From Eledone cirrhosa (lineage: Eukaryota), in assembly GCA_964016885.1 (NCBI GenBank), contig OZ024740.1, forward strand, positions 138,508,001-138,572,000: a stretch of 64,000 nt of DNA. Direction: 5' to 3'. Within the stretch, counting starts at the first letter, position 1, and the number at the start of each line of letters is the position of its first letter. The notes under the pieces were generated by a model. The model worked only from the letters and a program-made list of their open reading frames with translations, was not told where the DNA came from and made no database searches. The translations under genes and the position numbers were made by a program. Of this stretch, positions 49,806-61,203 are shown one piece after another.

Positions 49806-49932
49806 TATATATATATATAATATATATAGTTTTCTCAAAAAATGAGTAATATAAATAAAAATAAATATGGGGCTAGTTCCTGTTAGTCACCCTGTATATA
49901 CGAACACGTACATAAACATGTGTGTGTGTGTG

Positions 49933-49963
<31 letters not shown>

Positions 49964-49986
49964 GCGTGTGTGTGTGAGATATACTG

Positions 49987-50045
<59 letters not shown>

Positions 50046-50178
50046 GAAATAGGATTTCGCTTCAAGCATAGCTTTATACAATATGTATAAATATTTCGTA
50101 TCTCCAAAGAAATACAGTTTTAGGAAGCCGTAGCTATGTAAACACCCTCTGGTGATGTCCAGCAGAAGCAAGGGGGAC

Positions 50179-50223
50179 AACCGTCTATGCATTTCAGGCT
50201 TAACTGGCCTTCGTCAGGACGGT
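50179..50223 (-). ncRNA. Minimal type I hammerhead ribozyme (inverted copy)
   Basis: Reverse complement accgtc CTGACGA aggc cagttaa gcct GAAA tgca TA gacggtt. Confidence 0.85.
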
Positions 50224-50410
50224 CCCTCCCACCGCTTGCGACTGCTGGACTACAAGACAGCTGAGAATATAATCCTATTTCTTTTTTATTATAAGTTGAG
50301 CCAACTTATGCAGCTTCATATGCACATGAGATTAATCACCTCATTTACACAGACGAGAAAGTATATATTCTCAGCTGTCTTGTAGTCCAGCAGTCGCAAG
50401 CGGTGGGAGG

Positions 50411-50456
50411 AACCGTCCTGACGAAGGCCAGTTAAGCCTGAAATGCATAGACGGTT
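50411..50456 (+). ncRNA. Minimal type I hammerhead ribozyme
   Basis: aaccgtc CTGACGA aggc cagttaa gcct GAAA tgca TA gacggtt: perfect stems I and II, palindromic stem III atgcat. Confidence 0.9.
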
Positions 50457-50561
50457 GTCCCCCATGCTTCTGCTGGACATCACCAGAGGGCGTTAGCCCG
50501 CCGGTGTTTGATAGCTACGGCTTCCTAAAACTGTATTTCTTTGGAGATACGAAATATTTAT

Positions 50562-50608
<47 letters not shown>

Positions 50609-50610
50609 CA

Positions 50611-50689
<79 letters not shown>

Positions 50690-50901
50690 CGTTTCTGAAT
50701 TTGTTTAGCAAGATTCTTTATCTGAAAACGTGTGTTGAAACTGATATTGTTATACTTTGGGAGGGTCATGTTGCCAATACGCACCAGTTGCTTTCACTCC
50801 AATTTATTATAAATTACAAAAAAAAAAAAAAAAAAAAAAATTAAATTTATAAATTTCCGGTTGGTTGGTTGGTTCCACAACCGGACGGTTGTTCATATAT
50901 T

Positions 50902-50944
50902 GTCAAAGTTATTTCGTCACACATTATGTGACCTCTTCAGTGAC
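50902..50944 (-). ncRNA. Hammerhead ribozyme in PLE 3' terminal repeat
   Basis: gtca CTGAAGA g gtcaca taatg tgtgac GAAA taac TT tgac; stem III eroded. Confidence 0.65.
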
Positions 50945-51138
50945 TGGGGATTCTTTTCTTTGTTTTGTGCCTCTCCTTTGTTCTGTACTACGCCATCTTG
51001 TTTTTGTGTGTGTTGTGTGCTTAGTTTGCGCATGTGTTACATCCGGGTGTCTGTGTGTTTTTATTTGTTTATTTATTTGTTTATTTACATGTTACTGGTT
51101 GGTTGTTTGTTCTATGTGTGTGTGTTTTCATTTTGTCC

Positions 51139-52215
51139 TTAATTGTAAGTTGTGGTGTTGCTATTCCATTCATGTTTTCTATTTAATTTTGGTTGGAGTT
51201 CATTTATGTTTATTGCCTCCGTGATTTGTCTAAACATTGCGTCTTTTCTGTGTGTAGATTTTATTTTTATTTCTATGTTCTCTAATTTGCCCTTATGTTC
51301 TATTTTAGCATGTTGGTGGAGTATTGATGATTCTTTTCTATCTTGAAGTTCTCGCCAGTGTTCATTTAACCGTTCTCCTATACTACGAGCTGTCTCACCT
51401 ATGTACACTATATTCTTATCTTTACATTGTCCTTCAGTACATCTTATGCTATATACTATGTTTCTAGTTTTACAGTTAATATGGGGGCTTAGTTTACAGA
51501 TTATGCATTTCTTATCTTTGAAAAGGGTATATATTACTAATAAGTGTTTTTATGGAGGTACCTGGTCTTTCTACTATCTTAATATTAAGTTTAAGTTTAT
51601 CTAGGGCCCTTCTAAATTTGTAAGCTATTTCACCTCTAGGGGTTGTATTGATGAACATTACTCTCTGGTATTTATTGCTATCATACCATGAGTTTATTCT
51701 ATTAACCTTATTCCTAGTTCTTTCTATTCTATTCCAAAATTTGCTCCTATACAAGGGGCAGGTCCCATTTGTATAATTATTTACCATTTTTTCCCATTTG
51801 GTTCTGGCTCCTCTATATACTCTGATTTTAACTCTCTGATTGTAACCAGAGAACTGCATACGGTGGATGAAGTGTTGTATGTGTCTCTCTAGTTCTTTGG
51901 GGTTGCACATGCGGGATACATTTCTCATCACCCGTACTAAATCCGCAATCAGAATGTTGATTTTGGTGTGATCCGAAACAGCTGAGTTTCGGTGGATCAG
52001 ATATTTGGAAGTCATGGGTTTGGCATAATGGGAATGGAGGATTTGTTTTTTGTTATTAATGGTTTCTAACCAGAGCTCTGTGTCTAGTACAGGTAATCGA
52101 TGGTTGGGGTGTTTGCTTGGATAGTCTATAGTAACTCTAATACTCTGGTGGATGGAGTTAGTTATTTGCTGGATGCTTTGCATGGTATTTTTCTCTAATT
52201 CCTGACTGTTCTCTA
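51139..52215 (-). pseudogene. PLE RT C-terminus, Cys linker and GIY-YIG endonuclease
   Basis: RLPVLDTELW, HYAKPMTS, RMQFSGY, INCKTRNIVY (manual), YIGETARSIGERLNEH, ILHQH, RQITEAINI, LNRKHEWN; a stop/frameshift near 51512. Confidence 0.88.
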
Positions 52216-52223
52216 AGGAACAT

Positions 52224-52427
52224 ATGTTCAAATTTAATGGAAAAACATATGCCAAAGAGGAGGGAGCAACCATTGGTGTTAGCATTGCAGGTGACATAGC
52301 TAACCTATTCATGGTATGGTGGGACAATAAACTTAAAGAACAATTAGAAGACAGCAACCTCTTAACCCTGATAATGTACTCTCGCTACGTTAACGATATA
52401 AACATCGTAGTAAAAAAAACCCACTAG
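52224..52427 (+). pseudogene. Inverted PLE RT core fragment
   Basis: FKFNGKTY..EGATIGVSIAGDIANLFM (QG-type motif) and YSRYVNDI (mutated YVDD). Confidence 0.85.
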
Positions 52428-52708
52428 AGAACGGTCAGGATTTAGAGAAAAACACCATGGAAAGTGGTGAAATGTTTTTAAAAAATTTTTTTAATTTATA
52501 ATAAATTGAAGTGAAAGCATGGTGCGTGTGTTTTTTATTGGCAACATGACCCTCCCAAAGTATAACAATATATATATATATATGTAGGAGGTGTGTTTTA
52601 TTGTGGTACAATAAAGCAATGCAAATATCGGATAAAGTAGCACTCTACAGTTTGTAGGACTGGAGTATAAATAATATAAGATCAAAAGATGGTTAAAAGA
52701 GTTCGAAG

Positions 52709-52779
52709 TATTTTATTATGCGCATTTCAAAAACAAATATCATCATGAGATGATATCTGCGTTTTCATCAGATAAAATA
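52709..52779 (-). ncRNA. Type I hammerhead ribozyme (inverted copy)
   Basis: Reverse complement of the 54509-54579 motif with one stem II difference. Confidence 0.8.
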
Positions 52780-54508
52780 TGGATAAAAATGCTACAGTTA
52801 GTAATATTGGAAAAAGGATATCAAACCTATCATCTAATAAAAATATCTTGGATGCTAACGCCAATTACTATAATAATGCGCTTTCTAAAGCCGGTTATCC
52901 TGATAAAATTAAATACAGTAAAGAAACCAATCCTAGAAGATCTTACAGTAAAATTATTAATTATGATCATTCCAATAACTTAAATAAAAGACCTAGATAC
53001 AAAAATATAATCTGGTATAATGCTCCTTTCTCTATTTCTATTAATAATAATATTCCTAAATTATTCTTTAGTGCCTTAAATAAATGCTTCCCCCCCCCCC
53101 TCACATATCTATAGTAAAATATTTAACAAACATACAATAACATTTTCCTATTCCACCTCCTCCAACATCTCCTATATTATCTCTAAACACAACAATAAAA
53201 TATTAAATACTAAATCACATCCTTCCAACACTGAATGTCATAATAATAGCAGTAGTACTCCCGACGTCATTGTTAACTCTAGGCTAGATTCTGCAAACTC
53301 AAATACGACGTCAAACGTAACTTCGTCGATTGTTCATAATACCAATCTAAATCAGGAAACTATTATTCCTATCGTAAATAACTTCTCCAACCCAATTCTT
53401 TAAAAATATACCCATCTTTCTACCTTATTTCAATATTATTTATTATATATTATATAATACTAGTTACTCATTCTATATCATTCCTCTTTATCACTTTCCT
53501 TTCTTCCTCTTTTCTTTCTTTTTTCTTTTTAATTTCTAACCTCTAATCTGTACTTTTTCTTCCTAACTACTTCTCAATTCTTATTATTACTCACCACAAC
53601 ATATCCACTCTTCCATCTTTCTTCATATCATTGGCCATAAAAATTATTATTACCTTTTTAAATACATTATAGTATTACCTTTAATAATCCTTCGTAAACA
53701 TAAACATTTTTTTTTTTTTGACGTTAGATTTTCCTCCTTAGTTCCTTATATTCTTCTTCCTTTCATGCTCGTCTGACTTTTACATATTACATATTACAAT
53801 ACATAAAAACAAACCCTAACTTATCTCCTTTATTATATTATATTATTACCATTAGAAAATATTTCGTAAACATATATTTTGATGTTAGATTTTTTTTCTT
53901 TCTTAAACATTATTGTCTTCTTTGCTTTCTGCGCTCATTTGTAAACAAACTATTTACATATATTACGCACACATATTACATTACATAAAAACATACTTAA
54001 ACACTAAATAATTCCTCTCAATTCATAACTCATCCACTTTTCTACTTCTTTTCACAGTATATCCTTAATAACATTAATATTTTTATTTTAATAATACATA
54101 TGAACAATTTCTTTTCCTCGCACATATTATTAAACCCTTCAATATACAAACCTTAATTTAATATTATTCTTAACCCCCCTTTTCTCTTCATCAACTTTTA
54201 ATTTCAAATTCTTTTAAATTATCTATTATCTTCCAACGGCTTTTTAACTTCTCTCTGTGAGACAATATATATTTTTCTCAGTTGCAAAGGCTACCTTCTC
54301 TCTCTATCACCCATCTCTCCTCCTATCTCCTCCTTCCTTCTTATACTCCTCCCCCATCATTCTCTACTCTCATCTCCTCCTCTTTCTCACCCTTTCCACC
54401 CCCCTCACCTTTTCCCAATATCACACATCAATCTTAAATTATTTTTCATATGTTGATTTAAAACTTCACTATTCACAAGTGTTTTTTAACCTTCATATCA
54501 TGTATCCC

Positions 54509-54579
54509 TATTTTATCTGATGAAAGCGCAGATATCATCTCATGATGATATTTGTTTTTGAAATGCGCATAATAAAATA
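54509..54579 (+). ncRNA. Type I hammerhead ribozyme with extended stem II
   Basis: tattttat CTGATGA aagcgcagatatcatc tcat gatgatatttgttttt GAAA tgcgca TA ataaaata; 8 bp stem I, palindromic stem III atgcgcat. Confidence 0.85.
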
Positions 54580-54667
54580 CTTAGAATTCTTTTAACCATC
54601 TTTTGATTTTATATTATATATATATATATATGTATATACGCAGATATGGTTATGTGCGTGTTCGTAT

Positions 54668-55440
54668 ATACACCTGATTAAAAAGAACTAGCCCCATATT
54701 TATTTTTATTTATATTACTCATTTTTAACAAAACCTGATGAAACTCGGACTATATTTAATCCGAACATTTACTTACAATATAGCAAACATTCCCTATCCT
54801 CTGATATTTCGGTCCACATGTTTCAAGTGAACCCCAAACAGGCCTAGGGGTGTCTCTGATTCTCTCTCTGATATTTTTCTTTAATTCAATGGTGGACCTG
54901 GGTTTGTTGACATATACCTTCATCAAAGGTCTACAGAAAATTCAGAAAATTTAGGTTGCTTTCCATCTTCTCCAGCATTTTCTTAGCCATAGCCTTTCTC
55001 TTGGTTTTATCAGCTACAATAAGCTTTTGTCCAGTCTGTATTCTGTAAGGGGGTACTTCTTAAGATCCTCTTTGACAACACTTCTGCAAGTTTCTGCAGA
55101 GAGATCCAAGAATTGCATTTTTCTGCGTAGTGATCATTTAAGGCTTTGTTCAACAGACTCTCGGATCATATCAATAATTTCCTGGGTTGTCCAGAGTGGG
55201 TAGGATGGTCCTAGAATACTGTATTGGACTTCTCTGCTGTCCTATATGTCTTAAACGCTCTCACCCAGATTTGTATATTGGCTTTGAAGAAGATTTGTCC
55301 GTTCCAAAAACATCCATGAAATTGCTCCAACGAGCTACACTTACAGTAGTATGTCACAGAAAAATCCGGTGTCGGACCGCCCATTAGGGTCTTGTTGTCT
55401 TAGATATTGTATCTGCAATGTCCTGAAATTTAAGGTTGAT
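54668..55440 (-). mobile_element. Decayed Tc1/mariner-superfamily element
   Basis: Manual translation fragments DMIRESVEQS, CRSVVKEDLKKYP and DE..YVNK resemble the HTH and first catalytic Asp region; the homologous end at 49897 reads TA-CAGGGTG like a Tc1 TIR. Confidence 0.5.
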
Positions 55441-55502
55441 CAGTCAGGAAATGAATATACAGTGACACAAAACGCACGCGGAGCAAGTTTTCTTTGAGTC
55501 AC

Positions 55503-55619
<117 letters not shown>

Positions 55620-55644
55620 TATATATATATATATATGAAAGTCG

Positions 55645-56898
55645 GTGATTAATTTCGACGACTCTATTTGGATTAAAAAATCCAATAGTACCCCATTCGA
55701 CGTGAGTATGGGCGCCAGTGACTCTGCGGAGATTACTGATCTTATTGGCCTTTTCCTTCTTTTCTCTATCAAGGACGAATTCCCCAACGTGGGCGGTGGT
55801 TTGTACCGTGACGATGGTCTTTTGACCATGACTAAGTGCGGACCTCGTGCTTGCCACAGGTTCAGAAAAGAACTCACAGCCTTCTTTAAAGGCTTCAACC
55901 TCTCTATACAGGTTGAGGCCAATCTCTCGGTCGTTAATTACCTCGACGTTACCCTCAATTTATTGAATGGGTTGTATTACCCGTATAGAAAGCCGAATGA
56001 TACGCTTAAATACATAAGTAAGCATTCCAACCATCCTGCCAGCATAACCAAGAACCTGGTAAGAAACGTTTCGTTGAGGCTTTCCCGTCTTTCCACCAAC
56101 GAGCGCATTTTCAACGACCATTCCACTTATTACAATGAAGCTCTTGCTCGAAGTGGATTTGTCGATAAGGTAGCATATACAGAGTACGAAAATAGACCTA
56201 GAAGAAATAGATCCCGTCGCATTTGTTGGTTTAACCCACCATATAATATGGAGGTGGCCACGCCATTAGCTAAGATCTTTCTTTCCCTTATTACGAAGCA
56301 TTTTCACCCTACACATAAATATAGTAAAATTTTTAATAGAAATACTATTAAAATTTCTTATTCTACGACTCCTAGCCTTGCACATAACATCACAGCTTCG
56401 AATTTAGCTAAACTACCTAGCCGTAGGAACACGTGCAACCCTGTAGTTAGTACTAACTGTAATTGTAGGAATCGGGCTGATTGCCCCCTATCCGGGAAAT
56501 GCCTCTCTAGTAACATTGTCTACAAATGTAAGGTTGTAACACCCACGTCCCGTAGGGCCTACATAGGGTTAACCGCCAATAGTTTCAAGCAGCGTCTTTA
56601 CATGCATACCCATTCTTTTCGTTACCCTCTAAGAAGGAATATGATGTCACTTTCAGCTTATATCTGGAGTCTAAAAGACAACCACACCCAATATAAGTTA
56701 CACTGGGAGATCCTAGCTAGGGCTAGATCGTATAACGGAAATAAAAGACCATGTGACCTCTGCGCCGCTGAGGCCCTGGAAATATTCTACGCTACAGACC
56801 ACATCTTAAACAAAAAATCTGAGGCAATTTCGGCTTGTAAACATAAATTGCACAAAACTTTCCTGTATTACAGCCCCACGTTATACCCTAACGGATAG
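55645..56898 (+). CDS. PLE RT (C-terminal half) plus GIY-YIG endonuclease, 417 aa, uninterrupted but lacking the N-terminus
   Basis: FDVSMGASDSAE, GLYRDDGL, NYLDVTLNL, PYRKPN, SNHP, CNCRNRADCPLSGKCL, IVY..YIGLTANSFKQRL..H, CDLCAAE. Confidence 0.92.
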   Translation: MINFDDSIWIKKSNSTPFDVSMGASDSAEITDLIGLFLLFSIKDEFPNVGGGLYRDDGLLTMTKCGPRACHRFRKELTAFFKGFNLSIQVEANLSVVNYLDVTLNLLNGLYYPYRKPNDTLKYISKHSNHPASITKNLVRNVSLRLSRLSTNERIFNDHSTYYNEALARSGFVDKVAYTEYENRPRRNRSRRICWFNPPYNMEVATPLAKIFLSLITKHFHPTHKYSKIFNRNTIKISYSTTPSLAHNITASNLAKLPSRRNTCNPVVSTNCNCRNRADCPLSGKCLSSNIVYKCKVVTPTSRRAYIGLTANSFKQRLYMHTHSFRYPLRRNMMSLSAYIWSLKDNHTQYKLHWEILARARSYNGNKRPCDLCAAEALEIFYATDHILNKKSEAISACKHKLHKTFLYYSPTLYPNG

Positions 56899-57479
56899 CA
56901 CGATCTATACGTGGATTTTTACGTCTTGATGTGGGAGCTAAGTATATGTTTTGTTTATTCCTTTACTTATTTGCATAGGTAAGTATATATTACCCGTATG
57001 TTTTGTGAAGGTATGTATACCTTCTCGTACGTATATTTGACTGTTATAGCGTATAATTTTTACATATTCTGGTATTTAGGGTTTGGCTATGTGTATACGG
57101 GAGTTTTGTGTCCGCGTGAGTGTGCAGGTTCGTACGTATGGTGGGTGTGTGTATATGTGTACTTCTTGTTTTAGTTGACTTATGTCTCCGAACATTCGTG
57201 TATTTATATGTAGGTATGCGTGTGCGCTTGTTATATACGTATTTATTTACTTATATACGTTTATATAATTATTTATTTATTTGTACACAAGCATACACAC
57301 ACACACATATTTATATGTGCGTGGTTTTGTATACCCATGGTAAGGTTTTGCGTATGCTTGTGTATGTACGTATCTGTTTGCGTGTATGTATTTATTTGTT
57401 TCTTTTACTTCTGTATTGTATTTATTTACTTTGTTCTTAACTCTTTAGCGGAGATTCATTTGGTCTCCTAGTTAGAATT

Positions 57480-57750
57480 TTAGTCTACGACTTCTGCTAT
57501 ACCATTTACATGGTTTTGTCTTTGCGTGCTATTGTTCTCCACGCTCCACATATGACTTATTATCTTCGTTTTTTCGTTCATTGCCAGAGAACGTCTCTAT
57601 GCACCACCTAAGAGAACATTAGTCTACGACCTCTATTATACTATAAACGTGGTTCTGTCTTTGCGCGTATTGTTTTTCACCGCTCCTATTAATGACGTAT
57701 TATATTCGTTTTTTCCCGTTCTTAGCCAGCGAACCTTTCCACGAACCAAA
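57480..57750 (+). repeat. Diverged tandem duplication (about 139 bp unit) in PLE 3' region
   Basis: tagtctacgac..ggtt(t/c)tgtctttgcg..ttcgtttttt..gccag at 57481 and 57619. Confidence 0.85.
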
Positions 57751-57810
57751 GTATCGTCTTCCTGTCTTCCTCCGGTTGCAACGTTTTTTGAAATATCCAG
57801 TTCTGCGTTT

Positions 57811-57887
57811 ACAGATTGACTTTGTTAGTTTCAGAAGACCCCGTTAAGGGTGAAAGCAGCGATTCTTTGCTTAAACTTTAATCTGTT
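57811..57887 (+). ncRNA. Type I hammerhead-like fold with variant core CAGAAGA
   Basis: acagattga..agttt CAGAAGA cccc gttaa gggt GAAA gca gcgattctt tgc TT aaact ttaatctgt; three stems plus a bulged stem I extension. Confidence 0.65.
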
Positions 57888-57897
57888 ATTTTAATAA

Positions 57898-57928
<31 letters not shown>

Positions 57929-58059
57929 AGTTTCATAACTTAACATACATGCGCGATCTTAGGTTTCGGGGTCCACTTATAGTCACCACTGTATATTGGA
58001 GGAGCTGCTTTAACATAGGCCTCTTATCAGGCACTAGAGGTTGGTAATACATGTGTGGG

Positions 58060-58316
58060 GGTTACTAATGTCTGGTGATAGTCGCCCATGCACACCAGTC
58101 TCTATTCTCCATGGCACTGATGTTGTCTAAGGGAAAGGCAAAGGGCGATACAAAGTGGCACCAGAGGCGTCACAATTCATCTCTACAGCTGAGTGAACTG
58201 GAACAACGTGAAATAAAGTGCCTTGTTCAAGAACTGAACATTTCGTTCGGCCCGACAATCGAACTCACAACCTTGCGATTGTGAATCCGAAGCTCCAACG
58301 TCTAAGCCATGCACCT
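58060..58316 (-). mobile_element. tRNA-derived SINE sharing head and centre with family B but with a different tail
   Basis: atggcttagacgttggagc..ttgtgagttcgattgt head; cagctgagtgaactggaacaacgtgaaataaagtg centre; gggaaaggcaaagggcg tail. Confidence 0.7.
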
Positions 58317-58439
58317 TCTATGATTAACTTTATATCTTCCAAATAAAAAGTAAAGCAAAGGAGCCTTAACTACAGATGGAAACGTATGGATGCTGACATG
58401 ATACATGGCAGAAAGTAAGGGTGAAAATGATAAAGGCAG

Positions 58440-58612
58440 ATTAGAGGGAAAATCGACTCAGTACTAGAATGATACTTTATTTATCGACCTCGAAAGGATG
58501 AAAGAAAAAATTTATCTCGGCGTGATTCGAACTCAGTGGGCAATAAGCCAGAATAAATACCTATGCATTGTACATCCGACGTAATCTGAACTCTGCCAAT
58601 TCGCCACTCTGT
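58440..58612 (-). mobile_element. SINE family A
   Basis: tactttatttatcgacctcgaaaggatgaaag..ctcggcgtgattcgaactcag..tctgccaattcgcc. Confidence 0.7.
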
Positions 58613-58808
58613 CGTCTAAAGAACATTTACATTAATCTGGCGAAAACCTCACATAGTATATGATAACACATGAAAATAGATGCGTATAAATTATGTTCTT
58701 AAAGTGCACGTTTCCTATTGATTGATTGATGCACCATTGTTCCTAATTACAGTAACCTAAAATTTTATATTACAATAAATTATAGACAACACAGCATACA
58801 TACATACG

Positions 58809-58887
<79 letters not shown>

Positions 58888-60029
58888 ACACACACAGACA
58901 CACATATATATGTGTGAGTATAAATACATCATTTAAGTTTATCAGTAAAAAAACATCATAAGCGTTATGTTATGCGTGTGTGTATCTTCTGTGTGTGTGT
59001 GTGTGTGTGAGTATGTGTGTGTACATCATTATAATATCATCATCATGATCATATCCCTTTCTGTTCTGAGTCCAAATTCCCCCCCCCCCCTCCCGAGTTC
59101 AACATTGTCTTTCATCCTTCTGTGATCAATAAAAAACAAGAGAAACAATAAATAAATAAACAAACAAACAGATAAATAAATAAATAAATAAAACGTTTCG
59201 GTGAAAGTTTTTGGAGAGAAAGGCTCGAATAAATGAAGTAAGCGGCGGGCCAGTACTAAACGAAAGATAAAACCAAACAAAAATTGTGTTATGGAGAATA
59301 TTTATTTAGACTGAATTCGAGATTAAAATCTGGTGTAAAAAAACAGTTTATAGATTGAATGTCTTGGCCAGATAAAAGACGTCTATGTATGGTTAAATTT
59401 ATTTCTATACTTGTTAATTGAAATTCTTAAGTTTCTTTACTAGAACAAGATCGTGTCTACTAAGAAGCGAGACACAAGTTTACTTTGTCTATAAATGTTA
59501 CATGTTACAGACTTGCATTAATTCATACAAATACTGACATTTGGAAAAGTTTTGTATATTTTCATTGAGCTGTTAATGGATTAAGGTTTCAAAGAATTTC
59601 TTTCAGTTTTTGATTTTTTTGTTTTCAGAACCCCAAATAATTGAAATTACTGTTCACACCAGTCATTCTTGACGGGATGCAGAACCACTAAATATATTAG
59701 GGGGCGGGGTTACAATATTTCTAAATTTTACGTTATACCTTTTTAACAAGTTTTTTTTTTAGGTATTGTTGGGGAGTATGGTGCATAAAAATTTAAGAAT
59801 CAATTTACAAATATCTTTCCTTCAGTTACCCCACCATCAAATATAATTGTGTTCATTAACAATTGAAGGAACAAAACTAAATTTCAAATATATCTGTGAA
59901 AATTGTCGATATTTTTTATTGTTTGGATGTGCAGGCTGCCCCTGGGAATAACACTTTTCACACCTTATAAGAATGATTTTATTTCCATAAGTGGACACTC
60001 CAGTTTCTACTTATTTTAATATGACAGAG

Positions 60030-60175
60030 GTGGGTGGTGAATTAACTGCGCCGTTAGAGCGTAAGGCATGATGCCTTCCACTTTTTGTTCCGGTTCTCAG
60101 AACACTGAGTTCAAATTCCACCAATGTCAATTTTCTTTTTCATCCTTTTGGGGATAATAAAATAAAATACCAATC
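60030..60175 (+). mobile_element. SINE family A, decayed (another fragment at 59060-59135)
   Basis: cgttagagcgtaagg..ctgagttcaaattccacc..tttcatccttttggggataataaaat. Confidence 0.6.
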
Positions 60176-60219
60176 CAGAGTCGTGGATTAGCGAACAGTT
60201 AGAGCAATATTTGTCCCGG

Positions 60220-60520
60220 GAAGCATGTGGCCTAGTGGCAAGTGTGTTGGACTTACGATCATAATGTCGTAGGTTAGATTCCTGGACTCGGTTGTGTGCT
60301 GTGTTCTTGAGCAAAACAATTCATTACACGTTGCTCCAGTATACTTACTCAGCTAAAAATGAGTACCAGCAGTAGATAGGGGTGGGAGGTGGTTAACCTT
60401 GTGATGGACTGGCATAGTGCCCAGGAGCAGTCAAGCACTCTCAGACACTTAACGCCACGGAAACCGTAATAAGCACCAGCCTGATGAGCCTCCGGACTCG
60501 AGACAGACTTTAGACTTGAG
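60220..60520 (+). mobile_element. tRNA-derived SINE family B, full length
   Basis: tggcctagtggcaag A-box, ggttagattcc B-box, aaccttgtgatggactggc, cctgatgagcc..agactttagactt tail. Confidence 0.85.
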
Positions 60521-60968
60521 ACTTTCAAAGCTCACTCGGTTTAACACCAACACTAGGTCCTTGTTACGTATATTTTGATCAGGTTTCTGGTTTGAGGATA
60601 CATCCCTCTTTTCTCTCTACAACCTTTCTCTACCTAATTAAACAGGACAAATTATTTCAAGTGAAAAAACAAATTATATTCAATAATACCTTCATTTTCA
60701 CCTAATCACGTTTTCTCATTCAATCTAAGTGTGTTAACTAGATGACATTTTCTCAATAAACTCATGGAGTATACTATTCATATATGTGGTCTAGTCCAAT
60801 GACAGCTACCTCTCATACTATATATAAATTATTACGAACTATCATAGTTGATTTCTTCCAAAGAAGAGAGACATTGGAAGACAGGAAGTAAGAAGGAGAT
60901 ATAGAGGAAGAATTGACCCACAGTGCCAAACTGATACATTTTTTTAATGAAAGAGAACCGAAACGAAT

Positions 60969-61118
60969 ACCCCGACGGTAGAGCTCAAGCCGTTTCGACT
61001 GTTATTTCTGAGCTCTGCCGTCGGGGTTAAACATTTTCCTATTACCCACTCTGCTACCCTAAGTATTGAGTACTCTGGTGCGTTATTGTCCCTCTGGTTG
61101 CTTACCACACTCCCTTCG
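60969..61118 (+). repeat. GC-rich hairpin repeat ending in (TA)n
   Basis: accccgacggtagagctca-agccgt-ttcg-actgtt-atttc-tgagctctgccgtcggggt; second copy at 31850. Confidence 0.85.

Positions 61119-61203
<85 letters not shown>

Larger units (their letters stand above)
50081..50567. mobile_element. Inverted pair of PLE-type terminal repeats with no coding sequence
   Basis: Arms 50081-50270 and 50364-50567 (13 bp indel) each carry a hammerhead; about 95 bp spacer; microsatellite flanks. Confidence 0.85.
50688..52570 (-). mobile_element. Truncated PLE (non-Naiad family) with inverted RT segment and inverted terminal tail
   Basis: RT thumb and GIY-YIG on minus (51139-52215), RT core fragment on plus (52216-52464), and tail 50742-50815 inverted at 52493-52570; TA tracts at both ends. 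Confidence 0.88.
52583..54620 (+). mobile_element. Naiad-type PLE fragment with inverted terminal repeat at its 5' end
   Basis: ORF 52779-53114 (KRISNLSSN..YYNNALSKAGY..IIWYNAPFS) is homologous to the 55645 ORF; endonuclease missing; 52672-52785 is the reverse complement of 54503-54617; TA flanks. Confidence 0.85.
55636..57900 (+). mobile_element. 5'-truncated Naiad-type PLE bounded by (TA)n
   Basis: Open RT and GIY-YIG frame, about 1 kb 3' region, terminal hammerhead-like fold, TA tracts at 55620-55635 and 57902-57927. Confidence 0.92.

Noticed and set aside
55645-57900. Possible selenoprotein-type Naiad
   Set aside because: The visible frame has ordinary Cys codons and no in-frame TGA, and I could not identify a SECIS.
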